Source: Geosiphon pyriformis uo1
Lineage: Eukaryota > Fungi > Glomeromycota
Reading direction: 5' to 3'
DNA: 64,000 bases
Assembly (NCBI GenBank): GCA_016748015.1
Contig: JAAOMT010000129.1
Location: 186,001-250,000 of the forward strand
Shown: positions 39,115-49,861 of the stretch, one piece after another
How positions within the stretch are numbered: the stretch's first letter is position 1
Layout of the letters: every line of letters starts with the position of its first letter
Program-made: the position numbers and the translations under genes
The notes under the pieces: model-generated
Seen by the model: the letters and a program-made list of their open reading frames with translations, nothing else
What the model was told of the DNA's origin: nothing
Database searches by the model: none

Positions 39115-39502
39115 ATGTATTTCACGTCAAATATAACAAAAATGAAATCTTTCAGTAAAACAAGTCAAATATCTCAAAATATGTGCAACAACAAAATTAG
39201 ACTGGTCATTATTTTTATGTATTTCGCACTTTTATCAAGTTCCAAATTGGTATTTACTAGTTTATCATGGAGAAATAATTTTGTCGAAGCTGTTACAATA
39301 AATTCAAATTTCCCATTATTGAATAAAAATATGAATTTGAATTCTAAAAATTTAGAATCAAATCAAAATTATATTTATCCATCAGACAAATTCTCATCAT
39401 CTAATAATTCAAACGAAATTCATAAACGAGAAGAGATGAAGGAGGATATAAGAGAAATATCCATTATATCCAGGAGTTCACCTGATAAATTAACTCTACC
39501 AC

Positions 39503-39580
<78 letters not shown>

Positions 39581-39660
39581 TATCATTATCAACACAATCA
39601 CCATCACCTATTTCACCTATTCCATCACCCCTTCCCGGACCATCACCATCACCACGTTGA
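39115..39660 (+). CDS. Predicted secreted or membrane-anchored low-complexity protein with poly-Ser and a Pro/Ser-rich C-terminus; the true start may be a downstream Met
   Basis: 181-aa ORF with hydrophobic stretch IRLVIIFMYFALL..FVEA|VTI, a dibasic HKR|EE site and (TCA)n-encoded poly-Ser; TATA-like gtataaaa at ~39070. Confidence 0.6.
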
Positions 39661-40433
39661 AAACCCTGATTTCAATAGATTAGACGAGAAATTCAATCAT
39701 TTTAAGATTTCTCTTGGGCAGATTTATTCATAAATCTGGCCGGTATTTAAAATTTTTGATGAATGAGTGGATTAAAATTTTTAAAAGTTTGAGATTAGCT
39801 AATGTCTAAGATTTCTAATCACAGTTTGCGTTGAGCTCTCATGATATTTTTTGTGATATATTTTAAATAATATGAGGATTAGAAATAGAGATGAATTTAG
39901 TATGATCAAAGCTTTGGAGGTTTAATAAATTTTAACCTTTTTAAAAGATATGTTTCAAACATTTGTTTCTATAAATTAACACAAAAAAGAAAATTAATAA
40001 AGAAAAAAATCCTTTTTCTTTTTTGAATTTAATATTAATTTTAAACGTGGTAGATTTGAATCAATAAAATGATTGGCAAACCGACGAAAAAAAAAAAGTA
40101 TGAATGAAAAAGAAAACTTTCTCCAAGTTTCATATGTTATGAAGAAAAATATTGGTGGCATAAAGTTTTTATATATTTTCATATGATTTGAACCTTTTTA
40201 AAGATTATCAAAAAAGATCTAACAAATTATAATAAAAATAATGTTACCAAATATTTTGAAAACCGAGAGATTTCTTTTACTCTAAATTAATGTTTCAGAT
40301 ATATGTATTGGGATGGGATTTGTAGTTTATGATAATCATTGAATTTCTCAACTGTCAAATAAATTGCCATTATAATTGTGGATCGAGGAGTTCTTTGAAA
40401 ATCAAAACATCTTTTATTATTACCATCTATCAT

Positions 40434-40493
<60 letters not shown>

Positions 40494-41171
40494 TTCTTCT
40501 TCTTCTTCTTCTTCTTCTTCTTCTTCTTCTTCTTCTTTTTTTATTATTATTATGATCTAAACATAAAATAAAATAAATTATCCGTTGGGAATTTTTTTGT
40601 TATATCTCCTAATTTACTCATTAGGAAGTACCCCATGTTTTTAATATAAATTCTATTGATTCGTCATTTGTTTCAGGATAATACTCTAAACCGTACCATC
40701 AAAGTGAAAAAATTTTCGCTTAGGTGCTAAGTTGTTAGTAAATGAATGATCGAATCTAAAACTATTATGGGTTTTGAGTTTTTTATTTACGTAAAAAAAG
40801 ATTGAGAAAAAAAAATTGATTCGGAATAATTTTACAAAAAATGAAACATTAAACAAACCAATTATCAAAATATTATTTTATTATCCCTTTAACAAATCCA
40901 ATGATAGTTTCTTGAAAAAAAAAACAACAACAAAAAAACGAAAGGTTTAATTGTACGAATGAGAACGAGAATAAGAAGCCTAATAACAGGAAAACAATGA
41001 TAAAAATGTTTGATCAGGAAGAAAATCTTTTTTTATATTTTTTTCCAGCTCTTTCTTGTTTTTCGTGTTGTCTTACCAAGTTTTTTCAATCATCCAAGTT
41101 CTAAACTTTTCTTGTTAAAGGGATTTTGAAATAAAAATTATTAAATAATTCAAAAACTGAGGTTCCCCAAA

Positions 41172-41792
41172 ATGATAATTTTCACAAGATTTCGGTCATG
41201 TTTCGTCGTATTACTTCTCACGACAAGCTTTAGTTTAATACGAAAGGCAGGAGGATTACCAATTCAGAACTTGGACAGTGATGTTGTAAATTCTAAACCA
41301 CAATACGGTGATGGTGATAATCTAGGACAACCTATCGATAATTTTCAACCAACAAACTCTGATGACCTTTCCCAAATCTCCGCTATTGCTTTATCTCCCA
41401 CCTCCTCCCTTACTCCTACTCCTCTTTATTCTTCTTCTTCTTCTTCTTCTTCTTCTTTGGAAGAAAACTCTCAACTCATCTCTAATTTACCACAGCAAAA
41501 GAACCAAATCGAAAATTCTGGACAATTGATGGCGGATAACCAACTCTCGTTGTCAAAATTGAGACCTCAGATTTTTGATCCCGAATTTTTATTAATACAG
41601 GAAGCACTTGCACGAGAGAAATTACAATATTTACAACGAAAGCCTTCAGAATATTTACAACGAAAGCCTTTACAATCTCAAGATTCAAATGTAATTAAAA
41701 ACGAAGATATGGGTATTTTGGGGATCCCACTGTTTCGAGATTTATTTTACTGGCCTGTTCAGTGGGGTCCAAGACCTATTAGTCCCTCGTAA
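41172..41792 (+). CDS. Predicted secreted protein, 206 aa, low complexity
   Basis: Signal-peptide-like MIIFTRFRSCFVVLLLTTSFSLIRKAGG|LPI, intronless ORF with elevated GC, poly-Ser and a duplicated YLQRKP. Confidence 0.75.
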   Translation: MIIFTRFRSCFVVLLLTTSFSLIRKAGGLPIQNLDSDVVNSKPQYGDGDNLGQPIDNFQPTNSDDLSQISAIALSPTSSLTPTPLYSSSSSSSSSLEENSQLISNLPQQKNQIENSGQLMADNQLSLSKLRPQIFDPEFLLIQEALAREKLQYLQRKPSEYLQRKPLQSQDSNVIKNEDMGILGIPLFRDLFYWPVQWGPRPISPS

Positions 41793-42136
41793 TTTGTTAA
41801 TTAGAGAGGGAAAGGAATAAAAGCTAGAAAGTGATATGGTGTTTGAAGCGAAAGAAAGTAGACAGAGAGGTCAAAGAAAGTAAAATGGAGAAGAAAAAAG
41901 TAGTTTTTAGGGTTGAACCTTAAAAAAACATTTTTTCCCACAATTTAAAATTCTAGAATTTTCTATTTATGAAATAGTTTGATAAAACCATTATAAATAA
42001 GAGTAAAACTCATAACCTGTTATTCATGGTCTGTTTTTCAGGTCACTTTGAAAATTCGGCAAAATATATATGAAATACGATAATTTATTCAAAAATGTAC
42101 AAATTCATGCAAAAAAAAAAAAAAAAAAAAAAAAAA

Positions 42137-42190
42137 NNNNNNNNNNNNNNNNNNNNNNNNNNNNNNNNNNNNNNNNNNNNNNNNNNNNNN
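42137..42190. other. Assembly gap (54 N)
   Basis: N run following a poly-A tract; linkage across it is not guaranteed. Confidence 0.99.
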
Positions 42191-42389
42191 ATTTTAAAAA
42201 AAAAACATTTATTAATGATTTTATACAAAAAAACTGTTTAAAAAAAATAAACACACACATAATACATACACAAAATAACAATAAATTTTATTAACTTTTT
42301 TTCCTTATTTGACTTTAAAAAAATGAATAACATATATAAAAAAATCCAGATTAAATAATTTTTATTTTTAATTTAAATCTAATAAAAGA

Positions 42390-42424
<35 letters not shown>

Positions 42425-42516
42425 TAAAAAAAAGATAATAAATAAATAATATATATTGTTAAAACTGCTTGGAAAATTTTTTAACAGATCAAAAAAAATT
42501 CAAAAATGGTTTTATT

Positions 42517-43189
42517 AGAGAGTTTGTGCTACAATGATTTTCCTTGTAAATTTATTTCTGCAATTGGCTAGTGATGTCACGTAATTTTAATGCAAACGCG
42601 TATCAAATCTCACCATATAGAGTCCGGGAACTTGACTTTTGACAGCCTGCGAATGGCTACACTTCTGCTACTACTTCATAAGCGTCAACAGCAACTGGCC
42701 ATAACAATGAAGACAATATTTGAACCTGAACGTCCATTGATTCCCAATACGAGACTTGATCTAAATGCACTTGATGAGGGAACGTGTGTAGCATTTTTCC
42801 GGTATGAAGATTAAAGTTTTATATGATTAATGTGACAATAATGTTTTGAAAAGTATATTGAAGACAACGGCTTATAGATTCAACAAAACACAGATAGAAC
42901 AACTTGTTGAACACTTCCGAATTCCATCAGTTAGTATAGTGAATGCTTATTCACTAACAATAAAAATGGTCCACAGTCTTAAAATAGGTTCGAGAATATC
43001 TCTCTTAGGTTTGGACATATTGTAAGACACAGATTGCAAAAAATTAGATTGCAAAAAATTAGATAACAAAAATCTCTTACTTGTAGAGAAGATCTACAAA
43101 GAATTCCGGTTTTAAATTTCTTTGTACAAGCCACAAATTTGTGGCTACAGGTAAATTTACAAAGAAAATCATTGTAGCGCAAACTCTCT
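42517..43189 (+). mobile_element. 673-bp internally deleted PIF/Harbinger-group DNA transposon
   Basis: ~38-bp TIRs agagagtttgtgctacaatgattttccttgtaaattta / taaatttacaaagaaaatcattgtagcgcaaactctct and a 3-bp TSD att. It retains a spliced transposase N-terminus ..RPLIPNTRLDLNALDEGTCVAFFR|FNKTQIEQLVEHFRIP (intron 42802-42877); no DDE core remains. Confidence 0.82.
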
Positions 43190-44299
43190 ATTATATTAAA
43201 AAGTTTTCAAAACTATTATGAATATATATATTACAAAATTTTTGATAAACCTGTTTACAAAATATGTTATTTAAAATATAAATATTTTAATATACATTTT
43301 AAAAAATTAATAATTAATAATTTAAAAATTAAATAAAGTATTTATTATTTATTATTTGTTTTTGTTTTTGTTTTAATAAATAAAATTATTGGTTTTATAA
43401 AAGATTTTTAAAACTTAATATTGATTAAAGCTTAATAATTTAATAATTGTACTTTTCAAATAATAAAAACTTATTAAAAAATTTATAAAAAACTAATTTA
43501 AACAATACAAATTATTTATTTTAATATTACATAATTTGTTTTAAAATTGTAAAATTGTAGCTTTAAATAATAATAATAATTATTATTATTATTATAAAGT
43601 TTTAAAAATTAAATTATAAATTATTAAATTTATTATTTATTAAATAAGTTTTAAATATATAATTTAATATATTTTCATTTATTAATAAACAAATATATTT
43701 TAATTTATCACAAAATTTTTATTATATTTATTCATAAAAACAAATTATTATTATTATTATTGGGATCATTTAATAAAACAACCTAATAAAAATATTATTC
43801 TGAATAACCATGTTTTAGGCGATAAATTGCTCCAATTAAATGGTCCGTTTTATTCAATGTCCAAAACTCTAAAATCAAAATCACTGAAATTTCGTTTTAA
43901 GGCCCATTATTTCGTACAGGAAATTCTCTAAATTTTAGTCTTTGTATTGATTTTTTTCTGATTGTAAAAATAAATACATTATAAAACGATTTTACGCTTA
44001 GCCCACATCGGTAAAACGATGTTTATCCTAGTTGGCTGAGCGCTGTCTATATTTTGAATTCTTAAAAAAAAAACTACAAATGAAGTAATTGAATCACACA
44101 AATGTATACAAGAACAGAAGGGAATTTTCAAGATACGTAATCACATACATCAAAGAAAAGGAAACCGAAATTTCATCTAAAATACCCAACCAATAAGGAG
44201 CTGATTAAAAACCCAAAATTGTTTTCCCTTAGCAAAGGGGGTCATAACATCATAACATAACAGGTCATCAAAAAAAACATGCTCGCCTTTTGGTGTACA

Positions 44300-46067
44300 C
44301 TACGAGACAATCGATTGGAACGGAGGTGGATGAACATCAAAAAGATCGGCTTTTTGATGGTCAGGGTAGTCAGGAGTTACATCCGAATCATCTACTACGC
44401 CAAATGGAATAGCCGAGGGATTAAGGCGAGATGGGCGAAAGGTAAAATTCTGCGCTGGATCTGGGCCTCGTGGTTGTCGAATTGGAAATACAATTGGTGT
44501 ACCATCCGTTCTAAGATAGGAGAACAAGGAACGTAAAACGGTCAGCAATTGTTAACCAGTTCCTCTTCCCTCAATTTAAATTAAGTGATCAACCAACGCA
44601 TTGAAACTCTATGGTGATAAAGATACTTACACCCAAGATCTTCGGAAAGGTGATCGTGAAAGTGGTGAAACATCACCCCGAATAGATCTATTAGAGGGGC
44701 TTTCCGGTAATCCAGCGCTCGCCAACAATTGCGCAGCAGCACGTCTACCAAAAGAGCCTGATCGCGAAGGTGTTTGCTATATTCATAACAAAAATATTTT
44801 TAGAAAACTTAATAATAGTATCAGATTTTTATACATACTCGAGAATTACCTTGATGTTTATGGCAGCTGAGGCAGGTTTACGGACAATTCTAAGCACTCT
44901 CTCATCACCTTCACCTTCACTATAATGGTAGAGTCCAAGCTTTTGAGCAATTAAATGTACTGTACGACGATGGGCGCTTGAAAGCGTTTTCGAAAAAACC
45001 AGTTCTTCGCGGGTTTTGTCATCACGAAAGATTATTACTTGGTCATAAAATTTGAGGGTTTCTGGATCATTAAGATCAAGTTGTGGCTCAGGTACTAGAA
45101 TGACGTTTTGAATCAAGTTTGATTTAATTATCCAGCCATCAAACTAAAAAAGAATAAGGCTAAAGATTTACCAGGGCTTTTCCTTTCAGGTTCCAAAAAC
45201 TTTTTGTCTGACTGAGGATTTCCATTTTCAGCTTTGACATCATGTTTGGGTTTTTCAACTTTGACATTATCATTCTTTTGGAAATCGCGCGGATCTGTAT
45301 CGTCCTTTTCCTTGTCAGCCTTTTGTTTTTCCTTTTCACGTTCTTTTGCCTCTCTTTCTGCTGCAGGCAGAACGCGTTTGTATTCAACTCTGAGCTTTCT
45401 ACCAGCGACATCATAGCCGTTCAATGCAGACACTACGAGATCAGTTTCTTCAGGCGTCCGATAGTTGGCAAAAGCCAACCCTCTAAAGACACCATTATCA
45501 AAGTGATAGTTAAAAGCGTAGGGTTTCGGAATGTCAAGATTATTCTAATCGATATTGTTTCATTGGAATTGTAACATTGATTTATAGTGTTAGAAAAATC
45601 ATTTGCAGAACATGAATTTGCAGCTGAACTCAATTAACAAATAATGAAGAAAGTGCTTAGCTTACAAGGATCGCTACAAGCGCGTCGCGCTTGATGGAAA
45701 AAGGAATATTTTTGATAACGATGGCAGTCGGGATCGTTTCTTGAGTTCCCGTACTTGCCTCACTATCACTTTGAGCCTGAGAATTTTTTTCATACCATAA
45801 CTATATAGCCAAAGCAGTTAAAGCCCAGCACACGTGACAAAGTAGGAGGAACAGAATAAGCAAAGCTACTAAATGCCGGGTAATAAAAAAGGAGAAACTG
45901 TAAAAGAAAAGCACCTTTGACCGTCGTTTCTCTTTTCTACGTTGGCTATCCGTATTGCCTTGGCCTTTTTTGAGTTTAAAGGAATTAGACCTAGATGGAG
46001 TGTCCGAATCGACAGCGGAATGATCCTCGAATTGATCCTCAAATGAAAGTTCGAAATCGTCAGCCAT
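44300..46067 (-). CDS. PIN4: PIN4/Cip2-family RNA-binding protein (RRM + R3H + SUZ-C-like motif), six exons
   Basis: Spliced product MADDFELSF..|..IPTAIVIKNIPFSIKRDALVAIL|NNLDIPKPYAFNYHFDNGVFRGLAFANYRTPEE..LNGYDVAGRKLRVEYKRVLP (the Pin4/Cip2 RRM), DLNDPETLKFYDQVIIFR..LSSAHRRTVHLIAQKLGLYHYSEGEG (R3H), and C-terminal PIRQPRGPD. Confidence 0.9.
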
Positions 46068-46526
46068 TACTGTGGCAGTTGTTTTTTCCTGGAGATGAAG
46101 TGAGAGTGTATGCCACCTTAGCAAGCGAAAAAAAAACAATACGAAGGGAGTGTGATCAGATGTTATGATATCGAAGGTATTATAAGGAAAAAGGATGTAT
46201 CATGATTTGCTGCGAGTTGTGAAACGAGCAAAAGGAGTCGCAGCAAATCTCAAGCTTTACAATGCTCAAACGGAATAAGACCAGAAGGGATTGCATGACA
46301 TAGGCCTTAAAATGGGCTCAACTAAAAGATTATAGAAGGGGTGAAAATTTATTAGTACGACATGGATAGAAAACTGACAGAATGGTCCAAATTTCATGTA
46401 ACACATTAAAAACTGTATCTGGGAAAAGTTCCCAGGCTTATACATCACGCTTTAGTGATCATTTAGGAATTGAAAAAAGTGTAAAACTAGCTCTGGAATA
46501 CTTTCTGAGAACGTTGCATTTTCGCA
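46068..46526. promoter_or_regulatory. Probable bidirectional promoter region between the PIN4-like and THOC3-like genes
   Basis: Head-to-head start codons about 460 bp apart; the region retains CpG. Confidence 0.5.
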
Positions 46527-48465
46527 ATGGTCGCAGCTATGATTCACCAAACCAAACAGAAAGAGCCTTCTTCAAAAATTTCTAGAAGGTCAAACCCTCC
46601 CGGCCCAAATTCTGCAGCTGATCAGGATGTATGTTGACGACTAAAAGACGTGATATTCCTTAGGACGCGCCGCAAACATTTTCGGTTTTCTCAAAGATCC
46701 AGGAACTTTACCTGTAGGAATATTTCGAGGGTTGTGGAATACACGAACTTGTAGGGCATTCTCAAACGGTTCGAACTGTTGCCTGGAACACCGATGGTAG
46801 TCGACTAGCTAGTGGCTCCGTTGATAAAACAGTAAGATTGTGGAATCCTGATCAGGTAAAACGCCATATTTTATCAACAGGTGATGTTTTAAAGATATGA
46901 AACCTTAGATCTATTGAAAGGTTTGAAGTTAAATTCACAGGTTTGTTAGCTAGTAAAAAAACGTGATCAATTTCTTTTATTAAATAGAGGATTTTCAAAA
47001 TAATGAATATAATTCAAGTGTTTAAATGAAATTAATCTTATTTATTTATCTTTGACAATGACTTAAATTTTGGGCTAAATGGTCTTTTTGATTTTTTTGA
47101 TTAGCCCACCATTTCCCAAAAATTATCGGGGCATACGGGCAGCGTAGATCAGCTATGTTGGAGTCCACAAACCAATCATTTGCTTGCTACCGCTTCTGGT
47201 GACAAAACCGTAAGGTTCTGGGATACTCGAGGTATTAGTTGATCATGTCACTACCATTAAATTAAGGCTGAAAAAGCGCTTAAATGCTAATATAATTATT
47301 TATATCAAAGCTGTCCGATCTGTTCATGTCACGCAAACCTCAGGCGAAAATATAAATATCGCTTGGAGTGGCAATGGTGAAACTGTTGCTGTTGGGGACA
47401 AGGTTAATATCGATAATTTAATTTAAAACTCCATGTTTACAAAAAATTAATATATTTCCTTGTTTATGAGATTCAATTTGAAATTTTTATTCGAATCTGG
47501 TTAAATAACTCGCTTAATATTTAATTTGGAATATTTCAGGAGGATCAGATAACCTTCATAGATACTCGTTATACAAGCGGGCGCCGTGAATATTCAATCA
47601 AAAAAACATATAAAGAGAGGCCTGAAAATCACGAAGAGGTAGAGCTATTCAATCATAAACTCTTTTTTTTTTAATTTTGATTCAATCAATAACATTTTAT
47701 GTTACATATGAAGATCAACGAAATCTGTTGGTCGCTGGATTGCAAATACTTTTTGGTTACCACCGGGTCTGGGGGAGTTAAAGTATTTGAATGGCCTTCG
47801 ATGAATCTTCATCACGAAATCAGAGCTCATACGTCAAATTGTTATTGCATCGATTTTGATAGACAAGGAAGGTGGGATTTCTTGAAAATTAGGAGATTCA
47901 TCTCAATGCCAGTCTAATTACATTCCTTTCTCTTATGTGCAACAATATTGTAAGATATTTTGCTACAGGTGGCGCTGACGCCCTAATGTGCTTGTTCGAC
48001 TACGATATGATTGGTATCAAATCATTTGATTGTTTGAGGTATTCATAATTAAAAGCATATAAAGGAATATGTGATGTTTTGAGGATTACCAGTCAACCAA
48101 CTTTACTCCATTTTTCCGAACAACTACAGCTCTCCAGCTCGAACTTTAAGCTTCTCTCATGATGGCACATATCTTGCCGCTGGTTCAGAAGACGCGCATA
48201 TCTTCATTGTGAGTAATTTATTTCAAATAATTTGTCATTGCTTGTTAATCTTTTATCAATAAATTAAATAAAGTTTATGCCACCACAGACAAATGTTCAC
48301 ACTACCGAACAAAAAAAGGAACAAGCTTTTCGCATTCCCACTAAAACTCCAACCAACTCGGTTGCCTGGAACCCAAAGAATTATCTTCTTGCTTATGCCG
48401 GTGATCAACAGAAAGAACCCGTAACTCATTACGCAGGACTTAAAATATTCGGATATCATGATTGA
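46527..48465 (+). CDS. THOC3: THO complex subunit 3 (Tex1/THOC3), WD40 repeat protein, nine exons
   Basis: MVAAMIHQ..DQD|EYFEGCGIHELVGHSQTVRTVAWNTDGSRLASGSVDKTVRLWN..|..LSGHTGSVDQLCWSP..LATASGDKTVRFWDTR|..TSGENINIAWS..VAVGDK|EDQITFID..|INEICWS..AHTSNCYCIDFDRQGR|YFATGGADAL..|PARTLSFSHDGTYLAAGSED..|..TNSVAWNPKNYLLAYAGD..GLKIFG. These are THOC3 signature segments joined by GT-AG introns. Confidence 0.93.
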
Positions 48466-49861
48466 ACTATCCGACTGTTTTTTTCAACATGAAATTTCTC
48501 TCTTAATCTTGTAACTTTCTTATCAATATATTTATTTGTTATGAATATAATAGTATTGCAACACGTTTTTAACTCAATATAGCATGAGAACATAGATAAC
48601 ATCAATGCACACACCAATTTGTTATCAGAAACCAAAAATTTCCTTAAAATTTACTGCTTACGTACAATTCCAGTAAGTTTTTGCTTTATTATTTGCGATC
48701 GCTTTCAGCTTCCAGTGCGGTGATCTACAGAAACTCGGCCTAGTCAAATGAAACTCTAATTAAAAAAGCATAAGGAAAATGCCATGCTTAACAAACTCAA
48801 TCAGCAACCTTTTTCTTTTGAAGGATTTTTCCCTTAAAAAAGCACATTAAATAAAAGACAGAACATCAATAACACGCTTTTTTTGAATAATGGTATTTCA
48901 AATAGCTAAAATTTCTTTAACATCAAATACAATATGTTAAAATTAAAATAACAGAATAACATATCAACATGATTAAATTGCAATTAGCATAAAGCCTTTA
49001 AAAAAAAACACAAGGTTCATAAAAAGCGTAATCTTCCAAAGATTCCGGAAGACATTCTGAAATACCTCATAACATTCAATATGATAGGATGCATAAGCAT
49101 AGTAAAGTATTATAAACATAGTACACGTTTTTTTTCCTCTAAAATAGCAGAGGCAGAATCACTTGAGAAATCACATTATAAACAATAGTATAAATACATC
49201 TTTGATGCCCAATTTTTGATAAATGTTTTACTAACATCAAAAACATGAATTAAAAGTTTTTTGATATTATAAAAACAAAGTCTTAATACATTAAAAAATA
49301 AGCCTTGTTTATTTTTATATATCATTGTTATAGAATTTATATATATATAAATTTTATTTAAAAAAAAAGTCAAAAAAATTATTTTGTACTTGTTAAAAAG
49401 AGTTATTATTTACATAAAACTAGTTATTTACTTGTTATTTTAAAATTTAAAATTTAAACTTTTTAAAATTATTAAATAAATAAAAAATTAAATATTAATT
49501 TATATTTAACATTATAAATTTATTTTTTAATATATTATATCTGTTTTTATTAAAAACTACAAATAAAATCTAATTGTAATTTAATACAATATAATAAGCT
49601 AAATACTTTAAATTAGATATGGCTAATGTATTTATTATATATAACTAAATACTTGAACCAATTAAGATTATATTATATATTTATTTTTATTGTAATATTA
49701 TTACCAAAACCAAAAAAAAACAAACAGTTTATTTGCAAATTATAATTTACAATATAAGTTTTTATAATACTAAATATTTATATTATATTATTAAATACAA
49801 TAATCAAAAGATTATATACAATAAAAACACAAAGCTATTTATATATAATTTGCTTTTTTCT

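Noticed and set aside
44300-48465. Possible U12-type introns
   Set aside because: None of the inferred donors matches [GA]TATCCTT.
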